Below are positions 10,776 to 28,349 of a DNA stretch of 64,000 bases, in pieces (positions within the stretch are counted from its first letter, which is position 1; each line of letters opens with the position of its first letter). The translations under genes and the position numbers were made by a program. The notes under the pieces were generated by a model. It did not search any database and was not told the DNA's origin. It worked only from the letters and a program-made list of their open reading frames with translations. The DNA comes from Lepidodermella squamata. Its lineage: Eukaryota; Animalia; Gastrotricha. The DNA lies in contig JBLDXI010000055.1 in the NCBI GenBank assembly GCA_047495785.1, forward strand, positions 186,001 to 250,000. Direction: 5' to 3'.

Positions 10776-11784
10776 TTCAGGGCTAGTCGACTCAAGTCAA
10801 AAATAATTACGCCCTGTTTAGCAGAGAAAAATCAGATATAATAAGGTACGCAATATCCCGGTACTTTACTACTTGCCAAGCTTGGTAGTAATCGCTATTA
10901 AGCATGCCCAATCTTTCACCATGACAGGTAATGAATGAGTAATGAAAAAGCACGCGCGGTCGATGAATCGCTGCACAACACGTGCCTGCGTGAGAGTGAA
11001 TCATACAGAAGGAAAAAATGACGTTGTACTATATACCATATTTTTATTGGAACGCTTCGAGGCAACTACGGTAACTCGTAGAGGGACACTGTGCAGTAAC
11101 TGCAAGAACGTACGATAATATTCCGATTAATAAGGTTGAACAAGGAAATATGGTACACACAGTAAATAAAGACAGGCCGCTCTCACAAATCTAGAACACC
11201 TCACATGTCAAGCGCACAATATCTATCGATACAAAGTACAGCTTAACCGCATTGCGCTCGGTCCAATTTTTGAAATAACGAACAAACATGATTAGTTATC
11301 GTAATATGGAGTGAAAGATGAGCCCTTCTCATGAAAATAATTATTATATAGAGCACATGTAGGTATAATATATATAACAACAGGTCGGAATAAAGTCGAT
11401 GCATTGTTTTCGGGTAGAGAAGATTGACGGAGTTCTTCATCTACAAGCTGAGGACAAGTTTTGTCAAAACTTTAACAACATTTAATATCTTCTTATAAAA
11501 AAAAATGATGAAACCAGAGAGAGAATACCAGCGATTAATGATAAGCGCATTGTGAATGAAAGAGAGTTCGCCTTACATCGGCCTTATCGCGTCAATAATT
11601 ATTATATGAATAATTTTTCAAAACGCACCCTACCGCTGAGATAAAATTCCTTACACCAGCATTGCATTCTTCTGATGAATAATAATTTCACAAAAACCGA
11701 AATAAATGCTTTATACATCTCCATCATAAAAGTAACAATAATTGCAATGTCATATACACAAAGAACTTTTTCTGCGGTGGGGTA

Positions 11785-14700
11785 TTACACAAAACCGAAC
11801 ATTTTCGTCCGTATGGCTATAGCCAACTTGCGGCGAAGCACCAAACGCGATGAATATAGCGGAACGTACAATCTAAAAGGTGAAAAAACCAATTAATGAA
11901 AGACGGTTTTATACAAAAAAATCACTTACCGCGAAATACACGTATTAGCAGTTGGCAAGTGCATGTCGTCAGGGGGTCGGACAACCAGTGATGGTGGGGT
12001 GGAAATCAGGGCGGCATCCGTGGCTGGTAGAGCGGAGCTTCCCGTCCAGAACGACAACAAATCAGCCAGTGCGTTATTGTTGACAGGCGATGAATTTGAG
12101 GTTCCTGCACCACTGGTTGACACCTGAGGCTGGTTACAACTCTGACGGGCTAGTCGACTGATTTCGGCCCAGAACCAGCCTTTGAAGCGACGAACCATAT
12201 CCGCGTCTCGACCTGATTCATTTTGAATGGTTGTTAGGGCTCGCAGGCGATCAACAACTCTCTGCTGGCTAACAGGTTCGGCTGTGATTTTTGTACCAGT
12301 CCCACACAAGAGCAGACTGACGTCCTCTGGAGTAAGTGATTCCAAGACATGGGATGGCAACACGTCGAGAACGCCAGCTCTCATGGCATCCAAGGCCGGT
12401 CGAGCGGCGTGGACAAGTCGTAACTCAGCATAAGCCAGAACGAAGGACAACGCGTTTGTCGGCGTAATCGGAGTTCCACCTTCGGTCATGCTCTGACCAT
12501 CACCAGCCGAAGCGTTGCTAGGCAAAACTAACTCAACTCGACCACCTCCCTCTTCTGGCAACAAATCGACAACTGCCGTCAAATCGATGGCTTCACACAG
12601 CTGCTGAGCCTCGAGTGGCGGCAACGTAGTGACGTCTAATGCGATTTTGCGAAGAGATTCGAAGGCGACAGGGTCGAGGAACGCGAGATCGTGGAAGCAA
12701 TACGGGGTTTTGCCAAGGATGTATTTGACGACGTGACGAGCGAGTAACAACGGAAATAACTCGGCGTGAAGTAGTGCCAGGCCGATAACGCGACCAATGC
12801 AGCGGAGGGCCACAAGGCGTTCCATCGAGCCGCGGCCAACCCTAGGAGCCAAATGGCCGTTGGGCAGGCGGTAGAAAAGTGGAGCTGTGTCCTGTTCTGA
12901 GGCATTGCTGTCGCTTCTTGGACGGGTAGCTTGGTCCTCGCTGACAGACATCGGAGCCGCCAGAGTTTCGTTGATCAACATGGCTGTTTCAGCAACGACA
13001 TCGCGGAGTCGCGAATCCGAAGTCAGAAGTTGCAGAAGCTGATTCGGGGTCAAATGCAACAAAACGTAAACAATGCGACCAGCCATTCGCTGTAAAACAA
13101 TAAATTAATAAAACACAATTGTTTATAAAAGCGATCAAAATTACCGGTTCGATAGCTGAAACGCGAGATAACAGGCGAACACCGAATCTGAGCTTATGAG
13201 AAGGAAAGCGAGCCTGCATATCCGGGTGATTAGGCGTGAATTCCGGAATTTGAGCCGATAGAGGTTGTTCGTTACCAGCCTGCTCAGATCCAGCTTGTTG
13301 TGGAGCCGGAAAATTTGAAGAGCGCAGCATTGAAACGGCTACGGCATCGCGTAGAATGCGTTCCCAGTCTCGACTTGAGCCTGACCCGCCGCGTGAAATC
13401 GGGACCGAGAAAAACGCAGGTATCAATTGCGAGAAAATATTTGTGCCACGAGACGATCGCATTGAAGATGACGACGAGTGAGCATGGGGTGGCATTAGGC
13501 CCGACATTCCAGATCCACCTCCACTGGAAGAGCCAACACCTGATGATGACGGTTGCATTGACGACGAAAGCGAAGACGACCGTTGAGGGTGTTCACTGCC
13601 CATTAGAGCTCGCAGTTGAGCGATAGGCAGTTTACAATCTTCAGAGGTGATAGCCTCAGCAAAGGTCGTGAAGAGTGACCTGGCGACTCCAGCTCCCTCT
13701 CCCGGTTCATGTTGAAACGATACTTTCAGCTTGTGACAAAGGAGCGGTGGGCAACCAGTGCTGCTCTGATGAGCCAGGTAAGGTCGGGTTGTTGCCGAGG
13801 CAGTCGAACCAGTTCGGCGGGAAAAAGCGAATTGCAGCTGACGAGTGATGCAGGCCAGCAGCGATGAAGAGGGCGATCGCTCCAAGTCCGCCAGCACGAT
13901 TTCACGTTGCTGTGAATTCCTCAAACGTTCCATGTCAACTCTGAAACGCCGTTCAACCAGAGCGTAACCACCCACCAATTCGTTGACAGGGCTGATCATC
14001 GAGGCTGAATTGCTGTTTGATGCCCATGAAGGCATTCCGCCAAAACCGGCTGCGATCATGTCACCGCCGAATGGAGGAGAGTTGAGGAATCGACCGAAGC
14101 TCATTAGAGGATCTGATCCACTGCCAATATTAGCGAAATCACTACCGCTACCACCATACTGATTGTCCACGCCTTGACCGTCCGGCCGCAGAGCTGAGAC
14201 CCAGTTTAGCACTAGAGCCCATCGCGCAGCCAGCAAAGGTTCAGTCAACTCGCTGCCAGCTAAAATGAACAAAGCAATTAAAATGAAAAGAAATAGGTGG
14301 GTCCGTTTAACTTACCGACTCTTGGACGACGCAAGCCACGAGCTGCATCTTGAATCGGAGCGCCTTCAGAGTCAACAACCATCGCAGTTGGGATCAGAGG
14401 GACATTAGAAAATGGATCTGCCGGGAATTCAGCCAGCAAGCCGTTGCTCGAAAGACCGGATTGCCGACGAAGGCCGAATAGTTCGTGACGTCGTGATTGC
14501 GGGTTCAGCAGATCTGGCCTAATCGCCAGAGGCAGCGCTTCTTCGGCAGCGGTGGAAAACGTCGGTGGAGCCTCCCAACCAACAGCGGTCAGCGATGAAG
14601 AGCGTCGGTAGAACGGATGGGACGGGTCAACTGGCGCCATTGCCCCGGGAGCAGCTGCTGAAGCGAACTCGATTCGAACACTTGGCCAGCTGGTCAAGGG

Positions 14701-17700
14701 AGGCGGGGCAGAGTATGTCACCCCACCAAACAAGCCGCTGCCCCGTTGACTACCGAACTGCTCAGAGTTAGCACGAATCATTGTAGGCGACGAAAGGTGA
14801 GATGCGTTCGAACTTGGCAAAGAATCGTCCGAATCATCACTGACCTCGACGTAGCCCAACAAACGAGTACTTGCCCTCATAAGACCTCGAGATCCACTGC
14901 TGCTCGTCGGCGAAGCAACGTCAGCAGAACCAGGCGTTTGATTCAACGGAGTGCAAGCTCGGATAAGCGAGAGCAATGAGTCGATGGCATGGCGAAGGGC
15001 TGGTAAGAAGTCTGGGTTCGGCAGCAATCCATGCGGATCGCGCATCAAGTTGAGGGCATGATGGCCAAATGACAGTCGAGCTGAGGAAATCGGATCGCGA
15101 GAATGCGAGCCTTGTTCGTTTTCGCCTCGCACGTGACCTGCCGGGTCTGGCAAACCAGCGCGGCATCGAAGTTGAGCTTCGATCGAGTCTACCGCAGCGA
15201 CAACCCATCGCAACGCAGGCTCTAAAATGTTATCTACTTCATCTTGGAGCCCCTTTAGAGCTGAGGCAGAAATCGTCGCCGCCTGCGCAGATCTGATATT
15301 CAAAAACGACGAACCGCCAAGCTGCGTGCTTTGATGTGTAGTCGACGGATTTGCGGCAACGGTAGCCAAAAGATCTGCAGCGAATCGAACCAAAATCGAG
15401 AAAAGTCGCGTCAAATGTTGCTGATTAGCAGCTTGAAACATTTCGTTGAAATGAGGAGATAACAAGTTCGAAGGATGCGACGAGCCACCATTCGCCCCAT
15501 TTCCGTTACTTCCGCCGTTCGACGGGCCGGCATTTGATGCAGGGTGGAAAATTGTCGGCGATTGGGATCGTAACGGCATTTCGCTCATATCGATGACGTG
15601 ACCGCCACTTGCTGTCACAAATCTACCAGATCTGTTCGAATTTGAAGACGGTGCAATCAGCTGCTGCTGTGGTGACATGTCAGTTCCAAAGAGAACAATA
15701 TCTCCTGCGTGGTAGCGGAACGGCTCGCCGGCCTGAGCAACTACTGGAGGAGGCGGCGGTGGTGGTAATGGAGGTGGTGGAGGAGGCTGTGCCGACCCGA
15801 TTGAAGTGCGGGTAACAATCGACGAAATAGGGCGAGGGGCGCTGACAATCGAGCTCGAATCGGTGGAAATATCATCGACATTCCCATGCGCACCCAATGC
15901 ATCTCTTTCGAGCAAGGCATCGTCCATATCTTGAGCTACCATCACACGAATGACATCAGCTTCATCGCTTGAATTCGTGTTTGATGAAGATGAGCTCGAC
16001 GACGAAGAAGACGAGTCCATGCGGCGACGGAATCGGTTGTTCGGCTTATTCGTTGCTCCAGCAGACTGATTGATGTTACTCGCAACGCTTCTAGCATGAT
16101 GAGGCAGTGAACTAACGGCCGAGACGTTATCAGTGTCATCCTCGTTTTCCGACACGTAACTGATCAAACTAGCCCCGCCGGCTTCCGACCCGGCCGTAGC
16201 AGCCGCTGATCGGATTAAACTGATAGTTTCATCTTGCTGTTCTTGATCAGCGTCGTTTACGTCTTGTAGCACAGGTGGTTCGGCAAATGCGAAAGCAACA
16301 CTAGGCGGGACGCTAGAACTTGGCGCTCCACTGACACTGCTAGCCGATGAAGACGGTCCAACACTAGTGGGTAGTAACGGCGGAGGCAATTCCGGCATTA
16401 TTGGAGCCGCAGCAGCTGCATTATTCGCAGCCTCAATCACATCGGCATACTCTTCAGCGTCAACGTAGTTTTCAACACCCAGAGGACTCGGGCTACGCGC
16501 CCCAGATGCAGTTTGGCCGTCCATCGAATGCTCGAGAATTGACGGTGCGTAAGAGTGATGGCCGTGATGGTTGTCGTCGTCGTCATCACCAGGGCTCGAG
16601 TCACTGTCGTCGTGGTCTTCATCGTCATGATCGTCATCCATAGATTCGTCATTGTCGACATCGCCGTGGTCGACGTTACGCCGCGCGGCGTTGTACAGAC
16701 CAGCATTAAGGCGGACATAGGCGCGGGCACTGTGACCTTGCTCACCCTGACCACCTTGACTTTCGTGTCTACCACCCCCACCACTGCTGTTGCCTTCATT
16801 TGCAACGTTAGGATTGCCAATCAACATTGTCTCAGCTGCTTCGACAGCTTCTGGCACTGAAGCAGTTACCATCATTGGCGAAATTAGGTTGTAGGCAGAT
16901 GATGGCCCGCGACACATTCCCAGAGTAACTGGCTTGATTATAGCGGAAGCAGCGTTAGCCAGCTCGCGAATGGCGACAAGCGGGACTGAGGCTAACAACT
17001 GACGGCAGCCTCGAAGTGGAAGAGCGGCAACACACCCGCAAGAGCTCGAATTACTGCGGGTTGGCAGGGCCAGATTCGGTGGTAAGCTAGCCGCAATCGC
17101 CGAATATGCTCGAACAACTGATCGAATGAAAGTAGCAACCGCGTCTGAAGCATTTCGCTGATCGAGGTCGTAAAGCGCTCGGGAGAATTTATCGTGAACA
17201 TCCGAAGAGCAGCGAAGCACAAGGAAAGCAACTCGGTCAAGTTCACAGACGTAACTCGCCTGGCTGCGGTGGGTACCGAAAGGTGAAACAGCTGTATCGC
17301 CAAGGCACGTGAAAATCTGTCCCAACAAATTAGTGTCGTCCAAAATGAAGTTCAGAACTTGTCGGACGAAACGAGGCGGGTCGACTGCCTCCGGTTGGTT
17401 TGATCGATAGCCATGGGAATGGGCATTTGAGCGTGATCTCATGCCACTGGAACGACTCGGTGGCCCGCGGTATTGTCTTTGTTCCAACTGTTGGCGCTGA
17501 AGGGTTCGTAGCAAGAACGAAAGAATAGATTCCGGTGGTCGGCCCAACGCAGCAGCAGTAGGTAACATAACCAGCTGCGGCGCAATCTTGGTCAGATCTT
17601 TCGCAAGAGCTAATCGGTCGCTTTGATTACCAGCCAACAATCCACGGCATCCGCATTTCTCCCAGCAATCGCAGTACGCGGTGGGAGACGTTCTTTTCAA

Positions 17701-20700
17701 GCGGCAGTCGTGGCCTGGACCGCGATGGCAGACTCGAGCGCATTCTGAGCAGCAGCAAAGCGAACCAACCAACCCGCAAGACCGACATTCGTATATGTCC
17801 TGGTTGATATGCTCGGCCCCGGTCCAGGTAAACGAGCAGGTGTCGTTGAAACACAACATATGGAACGGGTTATCATCGGCATTAGCATGCCGACTCGGAA
17901 ATATGAATTGCTCGAGCGTTTTCAGGGAGTGATTGACAGCTTGGCCTTCCTCAGTTTTTTCAGAAGAAATAGCTAGAATCACATTCAGTAGCTGAATGGC
18001 CGCGGAGTAGGCCCTGTTGAATATAGCGGTCATAAATGGCGTCCGTGTGTTGGCATCAACTTGGCTCAGAAGTTTGGCCAAATGAGGAGCGACTGCTTTT
18101 GATCGTAAGAGTTCCATCAAAATAGATTCCGATGATGATTGAGAGGAAATTCGGCGCAAATCTTCGCCGCTCGCCGAGTTTGAGTTCGAAATCGAATTAG
18201 GAACGTAGCAATAAGGGTTGGCTAGACTTTGAACAAGTTCACTCAGCGTATCGCCACCGCTGTTCGAAGAACTATCCTCAACAGCAGATGCTACAGTGAC
18301 TGTGGCCGATGATGGAGTGTAAGGTGCTTTTGGGTCTAAAATAATCGGGGGCCAATTTTGAGAACTGGGATTGTTATTTCCGGAATTACCTCCACGGCCT
18401 GAATTACCGCCACTGTTGCCGGTCGGATTGCTAGAGGCCGCCGTTGAAGCTTCGCGAATCATTTGACGAAGAGTCAAGCGCCGCGCTGTGACTCGATGAC
18501 GTGATGATGATCCACCGTCGACAAATGGCGGTATTTCGAAATCGCCAGATTCTTCGAAAGACGCTCGGCGTTGCCCGCTAGAGGCGCTGTAGCTTGACGG
18601 CGACGCAACTAATGGTGCACAAGCCTCGACTGCAACATGTAAGATATTTCTCTCGCCATCACTTCGTTCTGATTCCAACAAGTTAGCGAATTCCTGAACA
18701 GCTTCAGGCCGATCAAAGTATTTTAACACTCGTTTAACCCCGGCTAAATCTCGTCGCTGAATGCAGGTGGTGAGGAGCGGCAGCTGAAATGCCATCACTG
18801 CGACAAAGAACGGTATTTGATGCTGAGTTTGCGGTGTTATGTTTGACATCAAAGAGCTACGAGGGTTAGGAGCTAGCCCTCCAGTGAAAGCAGTCATAGG
18901 ACCAAGGCGGAGGAATGGGCCTTCGCAAAATGACGGTGATGTAGTTGAAGGTACTGCAGGTCTACTCAAAGGAAACACGCAAAAATGTTTGTCAACAGCG
19001 AATAGCACCGTCGAATTAGCTGGAGAAGGAGCGAAGAGGCGCAGAGTTGTATCGGGCTCGTTGAGCAAACACATTGAGATCGGAACTTGAACCAGTTGAC
19101 CTGGGCTACATTCCAGCTTTCCTTTCTTTTTAGATTTTGACTTTTTAGCCACTTTATTGACGGTAAGAGGAACAGTGCGATAGTATAAACCATCCGATCG
19201 GCGTGTTAATATATGAACAGCCGGGGTCGGCGAGTCGGCTGTTATGAGCCAGCCTAAAATTACGCCAGGTTCAGCAAGTGAGTCTAAACGTTTCGGTGAC
19301 ACTTGAACCGAGGAAGCTGACCCGGCTGATTTATTTCGCTGTTTATTAGAATTTGAGGACGGAAGCGAGGCCCCACCGACGACTTCCAACTCGGAGAGCC
19401 GAAGAAGCCGGCAATCAGCCAAGAGAGTTTCGATGTCTGACTGCGTCATCGGGGAATTATTGCCAGCTGATCCTGTATTTGAGCCGTTGTTAAAGCGAAC
19501 AGCAGCATACTCGCCATCCACCTTAACAACTCGACCCAGAGGAGGTGATGGGCCATCATTGAGGAGCACTACATCAGCAAGGGGCCAGCAAACTTCCTCT
19601 CCACTAGCAATGCCAGCGGATGGACTGTGTTCGGCCTGCGACTGGTGGGCCCCACTGCTGCGTTTCCGTTTCGCAAATAGATTCGACGAAGCCGAAGTAA
19701 GAGCAGTAGATGGGAGCAGTTTGAAACGATATGAACTTGTCGGATTCCACGCATCTTCAAGCAACTCAGCAATTCTAGGGCTAACTTCGACGCCTGGTAA
19801 CGCAGAGCTGGGCACTCCGAGAGCTAAGGCGCCGCACGAAACCAATGGTGAGGTTTTAAGTCGGACCATGGCTCCAGGAATGATCGACGCTTTGGCTGCT
19901 TCCAGGGAAAACCCAACTGTGCCCGAACTTTCTTGTTCCCAATTGGAGTGTGATCGAGCATTGCTATTATTGTTACTACGAGCAGCCGCTGGAGCTGGTT
20001 GAACGGTACGAGCGCATCGCATTCGATACGGCAACGCGCCCCACCAATAAACTGAGCCAGCGTTCGTCAAAACAGCTGTATGAGTATCTGATACGCTATT
20101 TAACAAACAATAATGTATATTAAATTCTACATCGAGTATTTAATTACCATATTCGCTGGATGTTCATCGAAGACATTTGAGGGAACAATGTGAGAGAATG
20201 CTCAAGGATAGCTGTTTGCGGATGACGAATCGAAGAGTCAACCCAACTAGCGATCTTCATGTTTTCGGTCATTAGAGACGCTCGGCTGGAAGCGCATGCC
20301 AAATGCGTTACTCGGTCATTGCACGAGAGACCAAGGCCACGAGCTCGAGGATGGCCGTGATTATCCAAAGAATATGGAATGGGCTTTGCATCTCTCCAAG
20401 GCCAGGCGTGCAAGTGACCGTTTGTGTCGACAGCAACCAACTCAGTGTGCATAGCACCTATTGCAGTGAACAAGGCTGGATTGTCGTCCTCTTGCATCCA
20501 ATATATCAACTCCTTGTCGAAGCTGATGGCATCGGCTGATGCAGCAGCCGTGAACTTTGAAGATGAATGCTGGCAGCCGGGAGCGGAACTGTAGTTTTCC
20601 TCAGGGGCTGATGACGAATCAAAGAAGGCAGCAGCAGCTCGTCGTGCGTGCTCATGAGCAGCTGCACGGCTGACGAATTGAACATCTTCGTCATCGTCCA

Positions 20701-21668
20701 TCAGCAAATGCTCAACGAGACCACTTGCACTAGCAGCGGCGGCGTCGAGAAGCCTTACCACCTCAGATGGATCAGAAGACGCATCAGCTAAATCTTCGTC
20801 GTCATCGTCCCCTTCGCCGTCGGAATCTCGTGAAAGTAAGTTATTAACGGCTAGATTCACGTCGAGATGCGTACGCTGCAGTTCTCTAACAATCAATTGA
20901 CGCGATTTGCTACCGGATAGCACGGTTAAAACTTGTTGGACAAGAGCCTCTGGAACCATTGAGGCAGGAAGCGGGGGCAGACCTCGCGAGCCCAAGGCAA
21001 CTAAACTAGCAGCCATTGCTCTACTCCGACCGCTGGAACCACCGCTACTGCTCATAGCAGAAGCAAGTCGGGACACAGAGGCCGCAGCCATCGCTGAATT
21101 TCCTAATCTTTGTCGGCTCAGGGATAATCTACAATCAGAAAATTTAACAATCAGAATTACTCAGCAAGAAACTCCGCATACCCACTGTCGTGGCCACCAC
21201 TAGAGCCATTACCGCCAGCCATCCTGAGCAAAATAGAACATTAAAAACCATTCACATCAATACTTCGAAGATATTAATAACCTTTTACTAGGTGGTTGGC
21301 CATCACTAGAAGGCTCACTTTGTTTTTGAGCATCTGATGATAGGACACTATGTTTCTCTTGTGAAGCTGTAACGGATTCTGCAAATTCCTGGGAAATCGA
21401 GAAACCAATACGGCAAACGCGACCGCCCTTGAAAAATTATGATAGTTACGCAACCGTATTAAGATTAATAAGTGAAATTCACCTCGAGTAGCAATGCGAT
21501 GTGCCTAGGCGCTAGAGCGACTTCGACTACTTTTGCTCCGCTAAGTAAATGGAACGGTTCGGATACATTGAAACCAGTTTGTGATATTCCTTTGCCAATA
21601 TCTTTTAATCTGTTAAGGAATATGTCATTCGTGATTGCAGGTTCAACAAAGAACTGCAACGACGACAT
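11785..21668 (-). CDS. UBR5: E3 ubiquitin ligase UBR5/Hyd/EDD (UBA, UBR box, MLLE, HECT)
   Basis: N-terminus [10 protein letters not shown]; UBA ([22 protein letters not shown]); UBR box ([37 protein letters not shown]); HECT end [26 protein letters not shown]; one exon of about 5.8 kb. Confidence 0.96.
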
Positions 21669-22357
21669 TCTAAAATGATAAAAAATGGCTACATCAAACA
21701 TTTAGTGACTAATTGACTAATGGCATGATCATTTCATGAGTTTGAGAGCTGAGCGACTGAGAGAAGCTTCCAGGGCGTAACTATTGCCACAATAGTATTC
21801 ATATCACCGCCATGAAACATTAGCAACTGTAAACGTTTGGTGGTGGGTCGTGGGTCTGTAAACTTTGGATCCAGCATTTGAAAAGAATATATGACATGAC
21901 TTTAAATGAATCGGGCAGTACAATAGTTGAGTTTCGAAAGATGACTGATACTAGAAACTTAACAAAATTGCCATTAAGTATTTCACATTTCAGATTAAAA
22001 AAAAATCAAATCCAGAATCCATACGCAGTCTAGCTGAAAGACAGTATATGCATTACGGGGTAGACTAGGGTCTTGGGCCTTTAACATAACTAGTCATGTG
22101 ACAACTTCTCTCGCAGAGATAACGACTCGTTGAATAGTTTGAAAAAAAAATTATTAGCTTTTCATTGTCGGCAGTCGGCAGTTTTGGCACCAGCGCAAGA
22201 AGCGTTTTCAACAATCATCGGTTCCATCGATTCCCTTCCATTTGGAGCATCATATTAAACTATTTCAATTACAAAATTTTAATTGCGCTATAACATTAGT
22301 AATTCAAATAAAATATTTTTTAAGCTTCATGGAATTATATTTTTCAGATGTGAACAA

Positions 22358-22371
22358 CTTGCCATGGCAAC
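22358..22371 (+). promoter_or_regulatory. RFX X-box upstream of LRRC71
   Basis: CTTGCCATGGCAAC is a 13/14 match to GTTGCCATGGCAAC, about 690 bp upstream of a ciliary gene. Confidence 0.5.
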
Positions 22372-23057
22372 GATGTCGAAAGACTGCGCAGTGTGGTAAA
22401 TGCCCTACTCTGTCCGATGTCGGAATCTCCCCATGACAAAGGACCAGTGGCATGAATAAAGTTTGGCAAATGATCACTTGAAGGATTGCGATTGTCTTAC
22501 CGATCGGACCAGACGGGGGCCCTTCACACTTATTCCAGCTGGCGCCTGAAAATCTGTTCGTGGCAAAACTGAAATGCCTAAAAGGATTGATACTACATGA
22601 AAATGTAACTACCCAAAGTGACCATAGGTGTTAGCTTGAAACTCTAGATGTGCTGCCGGAGTGAAATATATTTATAATCTTTATCAAAATTGAAGCGGCA
22701 TTGGCGACAATTTTGAGGGGAATATATTCTAGAAATACTGGACTCCTCGACATTTGCAGAACATTAGCGCAGAGCGAAACTAGTAAATTCTCATAACAGA
22801 TATGTTTATTTATCGCTGAGTTCCTTGCTATTTTTCATGTAGCATTGGATTACTTACGCCCAGTTGTGAGATTTTAAGAAGAATGCAAGGTAAGCAAGAC
22901 TGAGAGGATTTACACGCCCCTCTCATGGCTGTTCATCCGAACCATTAGCTCCCTCAAGTCTTTCCTTGTTCATATGTCATATCAATTTCCTATTATGATT
23001 ATGATTAAACAATTGCTGGCGTTATCTTACTAGGAAGAAAATTTTATCGAGTGAAAT

Positions 23058-26739
<3,682 letters not shown>

Positions 26740-26979
26740 ATAACTGAGATTAAATTTACGGCCACTCATAAATCTTTAATTTTAATATGTCAGATAACGT
26801 ATATTTTGATAAATTTTGGCATATTATGCCCAATTTAATAAAATGCACAAGTACGGGTAAAATTATTTTTTCGCTGGTTATTCGCAGCAAGTGCCAATGA
26901 GATATAAGTAACAGATGCAAAATATTTTCAAGCAAGTTATCAGCAAATTAGTTGAGCAATTTGACGCAACAGACATCCT

Positions 26980-27577
26980 CTACATATTCGTGATTTTCAT
27001 TTTCTTTAGCAACCAGTCAGTATTCTGATAGAGTTTCGGATCGCCCAGTCGCAGAACTGCTCGTTTATAGAAATGATAGTAACCGACGCTGAGAGTTCGC
27101 TGGATGATGAAAATTACAGTTATTTCCAAGCTCTTCCAAATGAAAACGTCGCTTCTGGTCCACCTTTCTCTCTGAAATCATAAAATGATGCAAAACCTCG
27201 AATTTATTGAAGATCGAACGAACCATGATCAAAATGTGTAAAACAACACAAAATATGAAATATACAGCTATCGCTAATATTGGAACGCGAAACTTCTGTA
27301 CAAGTATCCATAGGAGCCCAGCTTGGAAAACGAATGTATTGAAAAACATTAGCAAGATGACAACCACAGAAAAGACGATTGATACATCTTGAGCTCTGTG
27401 GAAAAAGCAGTCATGCATGAGTTTAATCGTTGTTAAACTTGTCGAAACTTACATGTATAAGATGAGGAAGACGACTGGATTTGCGTTAACCAGTTCGCTG
27501 AACGCATTTATCGCCAAATCAAGTAAAATTAATCCATAGGCGAAGAACACGATGGCTCGGAAGGCTTGAGTTCTCAT
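26980..27577 (-). CDS. TMEM138: Transmembrane protein 138 (ciliary trafficking)
   Basis: NAFSEL, MFFNTFVFQAGL, IQR..YYHFYKRAVLRLGDPKLYQ match the recalled human TMEM138; 3 exons. Confidence 0.93.
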
Positions 27578-28301
27578 TTGACATGTAAGGGTTCTATGAT
27601 GAATCAGTTATCAGTTATAAGCAAAAACCAGATTTTAGCAGATTATTATCGCCCCAATTCTTGAAGACACAAAAATCAGGCACCCAGGCACAAGCCGGGC
27701 GAACGACTCAACGACATGACCATAAGGTCAGCGTAGTGGCTAGTCTGACAAGCATCCAAGAGGACTGTAATGGATGCACACTGGATGAACACCCCTAACC
27801 CCTAACTGGACCTGACTGAGGTTGACGACAAACGATTCAGATGTTGGTTCCTCTGAACATTCCGACATTAGAGGAGTATGGCCACCCACGTCTACGCCCT
27901 TAAGCTGTGGCTGCGGGCGTATCCGTGTCAAAAGCTCGAAATCGAGAGCCGCATCACATCAGTCAAAAACCTTAGCTAAAGAACATCCAAGAGCGACATC
28001 AGACACTGGCTGGCTGCGATGTGGGTTACACGAAAAAAGCGTCATTGTCAACTATTAATAAATTTGATCAAAAAATATCAATTCTCAATAAAACAGTTTT
28101 ATCATACATATTAGAAATAAATGTCAAATAACGAATTCAAATTGTGGCGCCATAAGTTGGTGGGGGGGCCATATCTTCCTATTTTCAAATAAGTAGGTTA
28201 GTAAACCAGTTCAAACTTTCCTAGAGCGTAAGCTCGCGATTTTCTCACAAGCTCCGCCTTATGGCGAAAGCTTGAGTCCGTCAGGGCGAGGAGAAATCGT
28301 A

Positions 28302-28326
28302 AATCCTGATCCTGATCCTGATCCTG
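28302..28326. repeat. (ATCCTG)4 hexamer repeat
   Basis: atcctgatcctgatcctgatcctg seen directly. Confidence 0.85.
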
Positions 28327-28349
28327 CTGATGGAGTTTTGGGTGTATAT

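Noticed and set aside
22349-22620. Coding exon upstream of LRRC71
   Set aside because: Stops in all frames; more likely 5' UTR or promoter (contains the X-box).
27741-28004. RNase P RNA (GTCTGA/TCAGACTA P4-like pair) or 7SK (GGATG/CATCC)
   Set aside because: Lacks the CR-I GGAA and CR-V ACnnAA contexts of RNase P and the GAUC motifs of 7SK.
27584-28030. Solo LTR (TGTAA...TTACA)
   Set aside because: No target-site duplication, and the left end abuts the TMEM138 start codon.
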